From an uncultured Muribaculaceae bacterium (GTDB lineage: Bacteria; Bacillota_I; Bacilli_A; RF39; UBA660), in contig CAYJFJ010000003.1 of NCBI GenBank assembly GCA_964369845.1, forward strand, positions 2,563-66,562: a stretch of DNA of 64,000 nt, written 5' to 3'. Positions 28,857 to 41,034 of this stretch are shown here, in pieces (position 1 is the first letter of the stretch; each line of letters opens with the position of its first letter). A program made the position numbers and the translations under genes. The notes below the pieces were generated by a model. It did no database searches. It had not been told where the DNA came from and was given only the letters and a program-made list of their open reading frames with translations.

Positions 28857-29273
28857 TTAGTCTTGTAGCATATTTAGTAAATCAATTTTAAATTTATCCT
28901 TAGCTGATGAACTTTTACTGATCATTACACCTTTATAAGTTGTTAATTCAGATCTATGTCCTTCTAACAATATATTTTCTGGTGTTATTTTCTCTAAGAT
29001 GATTGTGTTTTCACTTTTGTGAAATGAATACACTAATTTAACATCTCCATGAATTTGAGCAAAAGTTTTGTCACTTGGAAGTTTTAACTCATAAGTTTCA
29101 GAACCTTTTTCTTTATCTGAAGATACTAATTCTCCAACTATCTCTCCATTACGAAGTGCTGGATAAAAGTCGAAATTTAATTTCTTAAAAGCAAGCATGT
29201 TGTACTTCTTCAATGCTCTTTCTAGCTTTCTAAATTCATTTTCATCAATATAGTCTAATATATACCCTTTCAT
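28857..29273 (-). CDS. Hypothetical cytoplasmic protein
   Basis: 138 aa ORF with a plausible RBS. No family recognised. Confidence 0.45.
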   Translation of the reverse strand: MKGYILDYIDENEFRKLERALKKYNMLAFKKLNFDFYPALRNGEIVGELVSSDKEKGSETYELKLPSDKTFAQIHGDVKLVYSFHKSENTIILEKITPENILLEGHRSELTTYKGVMISKSSSAKDKFKIDLLNMLQD

Positions 29274-29378
29274 TTTTATACCCCCTTAGTACAAATACAT
29301 TATAGCATACTTGATACATTTTGTCAAATATTTATTATTTTCTTTTTTTTAGATTAAAAAAACCTTGATTTAATAAGG

Positions 29379-29651
29379 TTATTTTTTATTAAGATAAACT
29401 ATTGTTTCTCCTATATTCCAGCCATTTAACATGTATTTATTTACCTGTTTATGTGCTTTTAGTACCGCATGAACTTCTTTCGTTAAAATATTAGTGCTCT
29501 TGCCATGGACAATTCTAAGCAAATAATTTCCTGATTTATAATTTGTGTTCAAAAAATCTATTACTAAAGGATTAACCATTGCTACTACTTCACCATGTAA
29601 ATCTAAACAAGGTGTATTACTGTGCAAGACCTGCGCTGTTTGGTACGACAT
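29379..29651 (-). CDS. Smr domain protein
   Basis: LDLHGEVVAMV ... LLRIVHGKSTNILTKEVHAVL fits the Smr domain pattern (LDLHG ... IIHGKG). Overlaps the 3' end of the upstream kinase gene by 35 nt. Confidence 0.6.
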   Translation of the reverse strand: MSYQTAQVLHSNTPCLDLHGEVVAMVNPLVIDFLNTNYKSGNYLLRIVHGKSTNILTKEVHAVLKAHKQVNKYMLNGWNIGETIVYLNKK

Positions 29652-30567
29652 TTTGAACTCCCTTTACCTCATTGTATTTTGTTAATACATCATTTAAATT
29701 TGGAATAGACAATCTTCCACCTAAACTTTCACAAGATAAACCAGCTGCTATGTTTGCATATGCAATGTTTTTTTCAATATCATAATTATTTATTAGTCCA
29801 TAAACAAATGATCCGTGAAAAACATCCCCCGCTCCAGTTGTATCTAACGCTTTGATTTTGATTCCTGGCATTACTTTGATTTCTTCATTTTCTACATATA
29901 ATGCGCCGAACTCTTCTAAAGTAATGATTATTTCAGCCCTTGGAAATCTTTCTTTTAATTTCGTGTACATTGCTACTAATGAAGAAGGATAATTTATATC
30001 AGCTTTAACTCCAGTAATTTTTTCCGCAAAATCTTTTGATCCTACAATATACTTACATAATTTACTTAATTCTATAACTTCTGGTGATGCTACTCCAGCA
30101 TCTATTATTGTTAATTTATCTTCGTATTTTGTAAGCGCTGCTACTGATGCATGATATTCATATCCATCAACTAATATAGCATCTGGTTCCTCTGAAAATT
30201 CTTCTTTTTTCATATGCGGAGATGTATCAGCAGTAGATATATTCATTGTTGTTCTTGTTCCACTTTTTTTATTAATCATTATAAATGAATTTGAAGTTGA
30301 TTTTTCAAATGAAGTTTCTATAAGCGATGTTTTAACTCCAAACATTTCAAATTCTTTTTTCATTTTTTCGCCATATGAATCAGAACCTATTGCTGCAGCT
30401 ATGTACGTTTCTATTCCCCATTTTGCTAGTAAACACGCTGCATTTGCCGCTTGCCCTCCGCCATTTTCTAATTTTTCTGTAATAACATTTTTGCTATTTT
30501 CGATAGGATAAGCATCTAAAATACAGCTAATATCATATGATGCATGACCAATACATAATACTTTCAT
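29617..30567 (-). CDS. PfkB-family carbohydrate/nucleoside kinase (ribokinase-like)
   Basis: N-terminal GG motif (ENGGGQAANAA) and C-terminal DTTGAGDVFHGSF ATP-binding signature. Confidence 0.8.
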   Translation of the reverse strand: MKVLCIGHASYDISCILDAYPIENSKNVITEKLENGGGQAANAACLLAKWGIETYIAAAIGSDSYGEKMKKEFEMFGVKTSLIETSFEKSTSNSFIMINKKSGTRTTMNISTADTSPHMKKEEFSEEPDAILVDGYEYHASVAALTKYEDKLTIIDAGVASPEVIELSKLCKYIVGSKDFAEKITGVKADINYPSSLVAMYTKLKERFPRAEIIITLEEFGALYVENEEIKVMPGIKIKALDTTGAGDVFHGSFVYGLINNYDIEKNIAYANIAAGLSCESLGGRLSIPNLNDVLTKYNEVKGVQNVVPNSAGLAQ

Positions 30568-30632
30568 ATCAACACCTCTTTACAATAACCATTATAATAT
30601 ATTTTACTCTTTTTTTCTAGACTTATTTTGCA

Positions 30633-31271
30633 TTAATTTTTATTAATTATAAAAAGTTCATTATCTTTGTAAAATCCGTAAAATATATTTTCTAGTTTTA
30701 AATTATTATCTTTTATCTTCTGATTCAACCAGTTTTTTGTTTTTCTTACTCTTTTTAGTACTTCTTCATCTATTTTTCCATCTAATATTAACGCCATTGG
30801 ATAACTTGATTTTTTGTTTAATTTAGTATATTCAAAAATTGATAATCTACCATTAGGTTCTAAAAATGCATATTCTATTTCTTCTATAGATTTAATTTGT
30901 TTTTGCCTCATACTTAATAATAAATCTTCTAAATTATATCTTTGTTTAATCATTTCTCTAAAGTTAATTACTCCTTCACATATTATTAATGATGGCTTTC
31001 CATCTATTAATTCTCTAACTTTTTTAGATTTTAAATTTATTAGTGCAAAACCTACTTCTAAAGCTACTAAAACTAGTATTGGTAATATTGTATACATAAT
31101 TGGTAGTGATGTATCTTCTATCGATATTGCTACTAACTCTGCAATTAATATAGATACTATTAAATCTATAATACCTAATTGTCCTACTTCCCTTTTACCC
31201 ATTAATCTATATACAAACATTACAAATAAGTAAAAAAATATTGTTTTAAATATAATTATTATTAAATCCAT
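30633..31271 (-). CDS. DUF421 (YetF/YdfS-like) membrane protein
   Basis: N-terminal TMs with the RLMGKREVGQLGIIDLIVSILIAE signature of the DUF421/YetF family, plus a soluble C-terminal domain. Confidence 0.7.
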   Translation of the reverse strand: MDLIIIIFKTIFFYLFVMFVYRLMGKREVGQLGIIDLIVSILIAELVAISIEDTSLPIMYTILPILVLVALEVGFALINLKSKKVRELIDGKPSLIICEGVINFREMIKQRYNLEDLLLSMRQKQIKSIEEIEYAFLEPNGRLSIFEYTKLNKKSSYPMALILDGKIDEEVLKRVRKTKNWLNQKIKDNNLKLENIFYGFYKDNELFIINKN

Positions 31272-31342
31272 ATAATCTCCTAAACTTATTATGTTTAATT
31301 AATATTTTTTTTAATCATGAATATAGTTAATTAGGTGATTTT

Positions 31343-31704
31343 ATGAAAAAGTACAATTGTTATATAAAAAACTTCAGTCTGTTTTTAATAACTGAATTAT
31401 TTGTAGTCTTTATTTGTAGTTTGATAAATATGTTTGGAATTTCATCCAGCTTTTCTACAGTTTTTTTACTAATAATTAATCTTTTACTTTTTTTCTTCTT
31501 CGGTTACAAACATTCTATAATTTCTAGCAAGAAAGGTTATTTTATTGGTTTTTTAAACGGATTTGCATTACTTATATTCATATACCTTATAAATATAATA
31601 TTTTTTAAAGGTACTTTTAATATTAATTTAATAACATATTATTTAGCACTACTACTGGCTTCTATCTTTGGAGGTATGGTTGGTAAAACAAAGAAAAAAG
31701 AAGA

Positions 31705-31708
<4 letters not shown>
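31343..31708 (+). CDS. Small integral membrane protein (about 4 TM)
   Basis: 121 aa, AGGTGA RBS, four hydrophobic helices, basic C-terminus. Possibly the YrzE/TIGR04086 type. Confidence 0.45.
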
Positions 31709-33130
<1,422 letters not shown>

Positions 33131-33177
33131 TTATAACATTTTTTAGTAAAATAAAAAAGATAAACTAACATTTTATC

Positions 33178-34200
33178 TTATTTTATAAACATTGCATCTC
33201 CAAATGAGAAAAATCGAAATTCATTTGTTACTGCATATTTGTATGCATTCATTATATTTTCTTTTGAAGACAAGGCACTAACTAACATCATAAGTGTGCT
33301 TTTCGGTAGATGGAAGTTTGTTATAAGTCCATCAATAGCTTTAAAAGTGTATCCTGGATATATAAATATCTCGGTATCTCCACTACATTCTTGAAATTCA
33401 TTATATTTTGTAGCTATAGTTTCTAAAACTCTAGTACTAGTCGTTCCTACTGCATAAATTTTTCTATTTTCTTTTTTAGCTAAATTAAGTCTATTTGCAA
33501 CTTCTTCATCCATGCTGTACCACTCAGAGTGCATTTTATGAGATAAAACATCGTCTACTTCAACTGGTCTAAATGTTCCTAGTCCTACGTGCAGCGTTAC
33601 ATATAAAATTTCTACACCTTTTTCTTTTAAAATATTTAAAATCTCACTAGTAAAGTGAAGACCTGCTGTTGGTGCTGCTGCTGAACCCACCTCTTTAGCG
33701 TACACCGTTTGATATCTTGATTTATCTTCTAGCTTCTCATGAATATATGGTGGAAGTGGCATTGTTCCTAAATCTTCTAATATTTCTAAAAATATTTTTT
33801 CATATATAAAATTTACATGTACTATTCCTTCTTCCATTTTAGATATTACTTCACAAGATAAATCTTCAGAAAATTTTACGATTGTTTTTTCTTTTAATCT
33901 TTTTGCAGGCTTAGCTAAACATTCCCATAGATCATTTTCTATATTTTTTAAAAGTAATAACTCTATAACTGCTCCTGTTTCTTCTTTTACACCTATAATT
34001 CTTGCAGGAAGTACTTTTGTATTATTTAAAACTAAACAATCTCCTTTGCTAAATTCGTTAACTATTTCAGAAAAAACACTTTCTTTAATATCGCCATTTT
34101 CTTTATTCATAAGTAGTAATCTAGATTTTTCTCTATTTGCTAAAGGCACTTGCGCAATTAAATTTTCCGGTAATTCATAATTAAATTCTTCTACGTTCAT
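33178..34200 (-). CDS. queA: S-adenosylmethionine:tRNA ribosyltransferase-isomerase
   Basis: 340 aa. [38 protein letters not shown]. Confidence 0.95.
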   Translation of the reverse strand: MNVEEFNYELPENLIAQVPLANREKSRLLLMNKENGDIKESVFSEIVNEFSKGDCLVLNNTKVLPARIIGVKEETGAVIELLLLKNIENDLWECLAKPAKRLKEKTIVKFSEDLSCEVISKMEEGIVHVNFIYEKIFLEILEDLGTMPLPPYIHEKLEDKSRYQTVYAKEVGSAAAPTAGLHFTSEILNILKEKGVEILYVTLHVGLGTFRPVEVDDVLSHKMHSEWYSMDEEVANRLNLAKKENRKIYAVGTTSTRVLETIATKYNEFQECSGDTEIFIYPGYTFKAIDGLITNFHLPKSTLMMLVSALSSKENIMNAYKYAVTNEFRFFSFGDAMFIK

Positions 34201-34876
34201 TTTCAGTTTGTTTAGACACTACATCATATATATAAGCTGCTATTTCATCTATAGATTTTGCAACATTATCGTTAGCACACTTTACTGTTGTAAAGTTATA
34301 TTCTCTAGCCAAATATAAGTATATTTGTTCTGCTTTTTTTAAATGATCTTCAGAAGACTCATGTTCGTCTAAACTTTCCTTTCTATTTTCTCTAAGTGGT
34401 TTTGCAGCTTCGTATGGCATGTGTAAAAAAAGTGTTAAATCAGGTTTTGGCAAAGCTAGTAAATCATATTCTAACTTTTCTAACCATTTTATTAATTCAA
34501 TTGCTTCCTTACTACTACTACACTTTGAGGCTTGATGTGCCATATTTGAAGTTATATATCTATCAAGAAGTACAATATATCCTGATTTGATTTTTTCTTT
34601 TATTATATCTATATTATAAAATCTATCTGCTGCATAATATAAACTAGCTACTCTAGGATCTACCTTTACAGCACCTTCTTCAAACCAACCTTTACATATA
34701 TGTTCTTTTCCTAAATATGGCCCACCTACAATTTTACCTGTTGGAGAATCATATACTGGAAATGAAGCTTTAAATACCTTATAACCTGCATTCATTAATT
34801 TTGTTTCTAATATTTTTGTTTGTGTTTCTTTTCCAGAACAATCTGTTCCTTCAATAACTATTAACTTACCATTCAT
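34181..34876 (-). CDS. Thymidylate kinase-family protein
   Basis: P-loop [14 protein letters not shown], a DRY motif ([13 protein letters not shown]) and a lid region. 231 aa. The stop overlaps the queA start by 20 nt. Confidence 0.6.
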   Translation of the reverse strand: MNGKLIVIEGTDCSGKETQTKILETKLMNAGYKVFKASFPVYDSPTGKIVGGPYLGKEHICKGWFEEGAVKVDPRVASLYYAADRFYNIDIIKEKIKSGYIVLLDRYITSNMAHQASKCSSSKEAIELIKWLEKLEYDLLALPKPDLTLFLHMPYEAAKPLRENRKESLDEHESSEDHLKKAEQIYLYLAREYNFTTVKCANDNVAKSIDEIAAYIYDVVSKQTENERRRI

Positions 34877-34887
34877 CTTTTTTCTCC

Positions 34888-36096
34888 CTAGTTTTCAGAA
34901 AACTTTATTACTTCTTTTTTTAACTCTTTTAATACTTCTTCATTTTCTGCATTTTGCAGTGCTTTTATAATTATATTTGCTACTTTTTTAAACTCTTCAG
35001 GACCAAATCCTTTAGTAGTCATTGCTGCTGTTCCAACTCTTATTCCGCTTGTAATCATCGGGCTTTGAGTATCGTTTGGCACAGTGTTTTTATTAACTGT
35101 TATACTTATTTTATCTAAAACTATTTCTGCTTCTTTTCCAGATAAGTTAAATCCATCTAAAACATTGATTAAAAACATATGATTATCTGTTCCATTTGAA
35201 ACGATTTTTATTTCATTTTTCATAAACTCTTCTGCAAATATCTTAGCATTGTCTATTACATTTTTTGCATACACTTTAAATTCTGGCTTTAATGCCTCAT
35301 AAAAACACTGAGCTTTTGCTCCAATAACGTGCATAAGTGGTCCACCTTGAAGTCCTGGAAAAATAACTTTATCTATTTTTTTAGCAAGTTCTTCGTCATT
35401 TGTTAAAATGATTCCACCACGAGGACCTCTTAATGTTTTATGTGTCGTTGATGTTACCACATCAGCGTATGGAACAGGAGATTCATGTACTTTCCCAGCA
35501 ACTAGTCCTGCAATATGAGCCATATCTACCATTAAATATGCTCCTACTTTATCTGCTATTTCTTTAAATCTTTTAAAATCGATTTTTCTTGAATAAGCAG
35601 AAGCTCCAGCTATAATTAATTTTGGTTTTTCTAAAATAGCAAGTTTTTCAAGCTCGTTATAATCAATAGTTTCTGTTTCTAAATTTAAATCATACTGAAC
35701 TACATCATAATCTTTACCAGAAAAACTCATTTTATGTCCGTGTGTTAAATGACCACCATTTGATAAATTCATTCCTAAAACTTTATCGTTTGGCTCCAGT
35801 AATGCTCTATAAACAGCCATGTTCGCACTAGATCCTGAATGTGGTTGCACATTTACATACTTTGAACCAAAAAGCTCTTTAGCATATTCAATTGCCTTAC
35901 TTTCAAAAATATCAACATACTCACATCCACCATAATATCTTTTACCACTGTAACCTTCTGCATATTTATTCGTAAGTATACTTCCTTGTAATTTTAATAT
36001 ATCTTCTGAAACAAAATTTTCTGATGCTATTAATTCTATATTTTCTTTTTGTCTTCGTGTTTCTAATTCTAACGCTTCTTTTAAAATATTATCCAT
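34888..36096 (-). CDS. glyA: Serine hydroxymethyltransferase
   Basis: [11 protein letters not shown]-Lys motif [14 protein letters not shown]. Start set at MDNILKE (36096), behind a GGAG RBS. The ORF-track start is an upstream extension overlapping folD. Confidence 0.95.
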   Translation of the reverse strand: MDNILKEALELETRRQKENIELIASENFVSEDILKLQGSILTNKYAEGYSGKRYYGGCEYVDIFESKAIEYAKELFGSKYVNVQPHSGSSANMAVYRALLEPNDKVLGMNLSNGGHLTHGHKMSFSGKDYDVVQYDLNLETETIDYNELEKLAILEKPKLIIAGASAYSRKIDFKRFKEIADKVGAYLMVDMAHIAGLVAGKVHESPVPYADVVTSTTHKTLRGPRGGIILTNDEELAKKIDKVIFPGLQGGPLMHVIGAKAQCFYEALKPEFKVYAKNVIDNAKIFAEEFMKNEIKIVSNGTDNHMFLINVLDGFNLSGKEAEIVLDKISITVNKNTVPNDTQSPMITSGIRVGTAAMTTKGFGPEEFKKVANIIIKALQNAENEEVLKELKKEVIKFSEN

Positions 36097-36106
36097 TTTA
36101 TCTCCT

Positions 36107-36940
36107 TTATTTATTTTGCATGTTATATGCATCTACTACATTTTCCATAATCATTGCAACTGTCATTGGTCCAACACCACCTGGTACAGGTGTTATGTAT
36201 GATGCTTTATTTTTAACTGTTTCAAAATCAACATCTCCTTTGATTTTTCCATCAACTCTTATAATTCCAACATCTATAACTACTGCACTCTCACTTACCA
36301 TATCTTCTGATACTAACTGCATAATTCCAGTAGCACTTATTATAATATCTGCACTTCTAGTATGCTCCGGTAAATTAACTGTTTTTGAGTGACATAACGT
36401 AACTGTCGCACCTAAATTTGTAATAGCAAATACTAGTGGCTTTCCTACTAAGTTTCCTTTTCCTATAATTGTAACTTTTTTTCCTGTTAAATCAATATTG
36501 TAATATTCAAATAACTTAATAATTCCTTTTACAGTGCAAGGCAGAAAACCTTTTTTATTCATATAATTTGCATATACACTTTCTGAATTTAGTCCATCTA
36601 TATCTTTTTTAGGATCTATTAAATTTATAATTTTATCAAAATCCAAATTTCCTGGAAGAGGACTTTGCACTAAAATACCATTAACAGCCTCATCAGCATT
36701 TAGTTCATTTATTTTAGTAATTAACTCTTCTTCAGATACATCATCATCATATTTAATTAGTTCAACTTCTATTCCCACTTCTTTGCAAGCTTTAATCTTG
36801 GAGTTAACATAGATTTTACTAGGTTCAAAATTACCAGCTAATACTATTGCAAGTTTTGCTTTAATATTTTCATTACCAATTTTTTCTTTTACACTTTCTA
36901 AAACTTTAGCACTTACAAGTTTTCCATCTAATAAAATCAT
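36107..36940 (-). CDS. folD: Bifunctional methylenetetrahydrofolate dehydrogenase/cyclohydrolase
   Basis: 277 aa. [36 protein letters not shown]. Confidence 0.93.
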   Translation of the reverse strand: MILLDGKLVSAKVLESVKEKIGNENIKAKLAIVLAGNFEPSKIYVNSKIKACKEVGIEVELIKYDDDVSEEELITKINELNADEAVNGILVQSPLPGNLDFDKIINLIDPKKDIDGLNSESVYANYMNKKGFLPCTVKGIIKLFEYYNIDLTGKKVTIIGKGNLVGKPLVFAITNLGATVTLCHSKTVNLPEHTRSADIIISATGIMQLVSEDMVSESAVVIDVGIIRVDGKIKGDVDFETVKNKASYITPVPGGVGPMTVAMIMENVVDAYNMQNK

Positions 36941-37959
36941 TATATTTCCTCTCCTTTTTCAAATAGCCCAGTGTTATAGCTAAGACCTAAATGTTTGTAT
37001 GCTTTATCTGTTGCTACTCTACCAGATCTAGTTCTTTTAATAAAACCTTCTTGAAGTAAAAATGGCTCAACTACATCTTCAATCGTAGTTACTTCTTCTC
37101 CAATACTTGTTGCAATAGTTTCAACACCTACTGGTCCACCACTAAATTTTTCAATTAATGCTCTTAAATATTCTAAATCTATATTATCAAGTCCATAGTT
37201 ATCTACATTTAATCTTTTTAGTGAATCATGTGTTATATTTATATCAACTTTACCTGTTCCAATTACTAGTGCAAAATCTCTTACACGCTTAAATAATCTA
37301 TTGGCAACTCTTGGTGTTTTTCTACTTCTTTTAGCTATTTCTAGTGCTGCATCTGCATCAACTATCATATCTAAAACTTTACCAGTACGTTTTACTATTT
37401 GACTTAATTCATCGTTTGTATAATATTCAAGTTTATTTATTATACCAAATCTATCTCTTAAAGGTGATGTTAAATCTCCTGCTCTTGTTGTAGCTCCTAC
37501 AAGTGTAAATGGCGGTAAATCTATTTTAATATTTCTACTTTTACCATCATTATTTAAAATTATATCTAATTCAAAGTCTTCCATTGCTGGATAAAGTATT
37601 TCTTCAATGTATGAAGGCATACGATGTATTTCATCTATAAAAAGAACATCTCCAGGTTCTAAATTTGATAAAATAGCAGCTAAATCGCCACTTTTTTCAA
37701 TTGAAGGACCTGATGCAGTTTTTATTCCAACTCCCATTTCATTTGCAATAATGTGAGCTAAAGTTGTTTTACCTAAACCAGGAGGACCATAAAGTAGTAC
37801 GTGATCTAGTGGTTCATTTCTCATTTTTGCAGCTTTTATGAAAATAGATAAATTTTCTTTAATTTCTTTTTGACCAATATATTCATCTAGATTTTCTGGT
37901 CTTATATTTTTTTCAAAAAAATCTAAATTTGTTACTTCACCATCTGTTATTCTATCCAA
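36940..37959 (-). CDS. ruvB: Holliday junction branch migration ATPase RuvB
   Basis: [11 protein letters not shown], Walker [10 protein letters not shown], Walker B FIDEIHR, sensor and winged-helix regions. Confidence 0.96.
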   Translation of the reverse strand: MDRITDGEVTNLDFFEKNIRPENLDEYIGQKEIKENLSIFIKAAKMRNEPLDHVLLYGPPGLGKTTLAHIIANEMGVGIKTASGPSIEKSGDLAAILSNLEPGDVLFIDEIHRMPSYIEEILYPAMEDFELDIILNNDGKSRNIKIDLPPFTLVGATTRAGDLTSPLRDRFGIINKLEYYTNDELSQIVKRTGKVLDMIVDADAALEIAKRSRKTPRVANRLFKRVRDFALVIGTGKVDINITHDSLKRLNVDNYGLDNIDLEYLRALIEKFSGGPVGVETIATSIGEEVTTIEDVVEPFLLQEGFIKRTRSGRVATDKAYKHLGLSYNTGLFEKGEEI

Positions 37960-37960
37960 A

Positions 37961-38491
37961 TTAAAAACCTTCTTTCTTAATATATTCTAATAATTCACTC
38001 CAACTTTGTACTGAATCGTATTTAGTATTTCTTTCTTTGTAGCCATATAAAACGCCTTTAACACCACACTCATCTACCGAATCCAAATTGAATAAATGAT
38101 CATCAAAAAAATGTGTTATTCCTTCTTCTTTTGCAAGTGGACCTTTTTCATCTATTGCTAAAAATAATTTATCATATTTTAGTTTATGTTCAGCTAAATA
38201 TTTTACTGTAATGTCATGTAGTTCAGCTGGTTCTTCAAATCCTCTTTTAGTAATTAAGACTATTTTATGACCTTTACTATTTAAATAATCAAAAACTTCT
38301 TTAACGCCTTCCTTTAAACTAGCATTTTCACTTATTTCAAGAACGTATTTATCTAAAAATTTTCTTCTTTTTTCTTCAGGCATTTTAGTATAAGAATCAC
38401 CATCTTCTTTAAATTCATAATCTTTATAATAAAAATTTGCTTGTTCTTTCGTATTAGTCATTGTATTATCAATATCAAAACCTATTGTCAT
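37961..38491 (-). CDS. HAD-superfamily hydrolase / nucleotidase-like protein
   Basis: Begins [10 protein letters not shown] (DxD-type HAD motif I) and has a downstream ITKR and acidic motif. 176 aa. Confidence 0.45.
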   Translation of the reverse strand: MTIGFDIDNTMTNTKEQANFYYKDYEFKEDGDSYTKMPEEKRRKFLDKYVLEISENASLKEGVKEVFDYLNSKGHKIVLITKRGFEEPAELHDITVKYLAEHKLKYDKLFLAIDEKGPLAKEEGITHFFDDHLFNLDSVDECGVKGVLYGYKERNTKYDSVQSWSELLEYIKKEGF

Positions 38492-38636
38492 AAGCCACCT
38501 CTATTTAATTATATCTAAATTTTACCTTTATGTAAACGAAAGACACTTAAAAAAAATCAGTATTTCTACTAGTTTATTGTTTTTTTCTTCATTGCCAGTA
38601 CTAAGTCGCTATACTTATTAAATATTTAATAATAAA

Positions 38637-38656
38637 AAAGAACTATTTTAAGTTCT
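38637..38656 (-). terminator. Intrinsic terminator overlapping the MFS gene stop
   Basis: AAGAACT / AGTTCTT stem with a 6-nt loop. On the minus RNA it is followed by UUUUAUU. Confidence 0.5.
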
Positions 38657-39829
38657 TAATTTATTATTTTTACCTAATTTTTTATTTAATACAAAATAAC
38701 TTATAACTAAAATTATCAGTAGCATCATACTTAAACATAAATATGCTTGAAATATATTTGCATAATCTAAAAGTAATCCTAAGAATAAACTAAATATTCC
38801 TGAAAATAAAGTTAATGTTAAATTGTAATATGACTGAATAGTTGCTCTTTTATTACTCGGAGCAGCTTTGTTAATATATTTATTAACTATTGTTTTGCTT
38901 ATTCCTCTATAAACTTGCTGGAATGCAATAAAAAGAATTCCTATTTTTACTTCGGTAAATGATGCTCCTATAAAAGAAATAAATAATAGTGCACCTAAAA
39001 ATAGTAAGGCGTATGCTTTTATAAACTTCATAATTTTATCTACATATCTTGAAGATATTAATGCTATTAAATTATAAAATGCATATATATAACCAAAATA
39101 TATTTCTTTAATTCCAATTTCTAAAAAATACTCTACATATGTGTAATGTATTGTTGCAACAAACATATTTATTAAAGCAGAGTATATAATAATCGTTTTA
39201 AGTTTTGGATGATTAAAGACATACTTACCCGCCTGTTTAATTTGATTTATATAACTTATTTTTTCTTCTTCTTTTTCTTTTATTTCAATATTTTTTACCG
39301 TAGCAAAAGTACATGCTGATAAAAATATTAAAGTTCCTGATACGTAAAATGGTAAAGCTTCATTTATTTCATATAAATACACTGATAAAATGGCTCCAAC
39401 AATTTGAGTAAAAAAACTATACTGATATACTTTTCCTTTAAATTTAATATATTCTTTTTCTAAATTATTAGCTTTTAAGTTATCATAAAATAATGAATCA
39501 TCTGCACCACTTATAAAAGCACATCCTACTGCTATTCCTAGCTCCATAACCGTAAAATAAATAAAACTGTTTCCTAAAGGATATAATGCAAGTGACAGTG
39601 CAAAAATCAATGCTCCTAAGATAACACTTTTTTTATGTCCTATTTTATCTGCAAGTGCCCCTGTTGGAACTTCAAATATTGCAACAGATATTCTAAATAT
39701 ACTTGTTATTAAGAATATTTCAAAAAATGTTAACTCTTTAAACAAATAAAATAGTGTTATTATTGGTCCAACCCAAATACTGTTTTTCAAAAAGGTATAA
39801 ACCTTATATTGAAACAATAATTTTTTCAT
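38648..39829 (-). CDS. MFS-type transporter
   Basis: 393 aa with about 12 TM helices, an MFS-like loop motif (GALADKIGHKK) and a GGAGG RBS. Confidence 0.7.
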   Translation of the reverse strand: MKKLLFQYKVYTFLKNSIWVGPIITLFYLFKELTFFEIFLITSIFRISVAIFEVPTGALADKIGHKKSVILGALIFALSLALYPLGNSFIYFTVMELGIAVGCAFISGADDSLFYDNLKANNLEKEYIKFKGKVYQYSFFTQIVGAILSVYLYEINEALPFYVSGTLIFLSACTFATVKNIEIKEKEEEKISYINQIKQAGKYVFNHPKLKTIIIYSALINMFVATIHYTYVEYFLEIGIKEIYFGYIYAFYNLIALISSRYVDKIMKFIKAYALLFLGALLFISFIGASFTEVKIGILFIAFQQVYRGISKTIVNKYINKAAPSNKRATIQSYYNLTLTLFSGIFSLFLGLLLDYANIFQAYLCLSMMLLIILVISYFVLNKKLGKNNKLRT

Positions 39830-39884
39830 ACTTCCTCCTTTCCTTAAAATATTAATCCGAAAAAAGGTAATAAAAAAACGGATT

Positions 39885-39901
39885 ACTATTTTAAAAATAG
39901 T
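39885..39901. promoter_or_regulatory. 17-bp perfect palindrome in the MFS transporter leader (candidate operator)
   Basis: ACTATTTT-A-AAAATAGT on the plus strand (8-1-8 inverted repeat), about 55 nt upstream of the MFS start codon. A 7-bp stem TAATCCG/CGGATTA with a 19-nt loop lies between it and the RBS. Confidence 0.25.
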
Positions 39902-40010
39902 GACTCCGCTTTGCGTGTAAGAATAATCCCTATGTAGCTAGTCTTTTTGACATATACATACTCACTTGAAAATAATTTTAACAGAAATACTCGTTTGTGT
40001 CAACTATTAA

Positions 40011-40427
40011 TTAACACTCCTCATCACAACTATAAATATTAATAAATTCAGCATATACACGGTTGTTTTTTATGTATATTGCTACTTCATCTTCATTCAT
40101 TGATTTTTTTGTTATATCATTTTTTATGCATTTTTCATTATCACAGTTATCTGTTAAATCAATATATGTTATTTCTGATACTTTTTTTAAAATGCAGTTA
40201 CTTACAGTTTCTCCACTAGATAATGTGCATTCGTTTACTAAAAGTTCTTTATTATCTTGACCATATAATTTGGCTCCTTCGATAATAATATCTTTTTTTG
40301 ATTCTAGTAAACTTTCATTACTTGAACTCAGCACTTTCATAACTCCTATTGTTGCTATACTACCTATAATTGTAATAACAACTAACACTGCTAGTAATTC
40401 TATTATTGTAAATCCTTTTTTATCCAT
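40011..40427 (-). CDS. Type IV pilin-like protein (prepilin-type N-terminal cleavage/methylation domain)
   Basis: MDKKGFTIIELLAVLVVITIIGSIATIGV is a canonical G|FTIIE motif plus a hydrophobic helix. Cys-containing globular C-terminus. 138 aa. Confidence 0.7.
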   Translation of the reverse strand: MDKKGFTIIELLAVLVVITIIGSIATIGVMKVLSSSNESLLESKKDIIIEGAKLYGQDNKELLVNECTLSSGETVSNCILKKVSEITYIDLTDNCDNEKCIKNDITKKSMNEDEVAIYIKNNRVYAEFINIYSCDEEC

Positions 40428-40435
40428 AAAATCTC

Positions 40436-40990
40436 CTATTTCATCAATAACTTTAAAGCTTCTTTTATTTGTTTTTCTAGTGTTTCTGATTTATCTACAC
40501 TTCCTATTATTTTTTTAATTTCTGCAGATTTGTAACCTAAACTTTCTAATACTCCTACTAAATCATCTGTATCAGTTTCTATTAAACCTTCTGTTTCTAT
40601 ATTTATTTTTCCTTTTAAGTCAAGAATAATTTGCTTACCTAACTTTTCACCAACTTTAGGAAATTTTGTTAAGTAAAGTAAATTTTCTCTATTTATAGCA
40701 TCTACTATTCCACTTATTGATCCTGTTGCAAAAAAAGGCATTGCTACTTTTGGACCTAAACCTTTAACACTTATAAGCTTTAAGTAAAGTTCAAGCTCTT
40801 CACCACTTTGAAAACCATATAAACTAAACTCATCTTCTCTTATATGATTGTACAAATATATTTTATATTCCTTTCCAAGTTCAAAACTAAATGGATTTGC
40901 TACAAATACTTTATATCCAATATTATTGTTTTCTACTACTATATAGTTAAGACCTATATTATCTATTTTACCTTTTATATAATTATACAT
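40436..40990 (-). CDS. ruvA: Holliday junction DNA helicase subunit RuvA
   Basis: MYNYIKGKI...NYIVVENNNIGYKV OB-fold N-terminus, HhH region (LISVKGLGPKVAM), C-terminal domain III. Confidence 0.9.
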   Translation of the reverse strand: MYNYIKGKIDNIGLNYIVVENNNIGYKVFVANPFSFELGKEYKIYLYNHIREDEFSLYGFQSGEELELYLKLISVKGLGPKVAMPFFATGSISGIVDAINRENLLYLTKFPKVGEKLGKQIILDLKGKINIETEGLIETDTDDLVGVLESLGYKSAEIKKIIGSVDKSETLEKQIKEALKLLMK

Positions 40991-41034
40991 CTTTTACCTC
41001 CTATAACTATAATATCAAATTATATTTATTTTTA

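Noticed and set aside
39841-39990. Possible preQ1-type riboswitch in the MFS leader, because of a CTAGCTACA string on the transcribed strand.
   Set aside because: The flanking sequence does not form the P1 stem or the A-rich tail of preQ1-I. No other riboswitch consensus was recognisable. Only the palindrome is retained, as a low-confidence regulatory feature.
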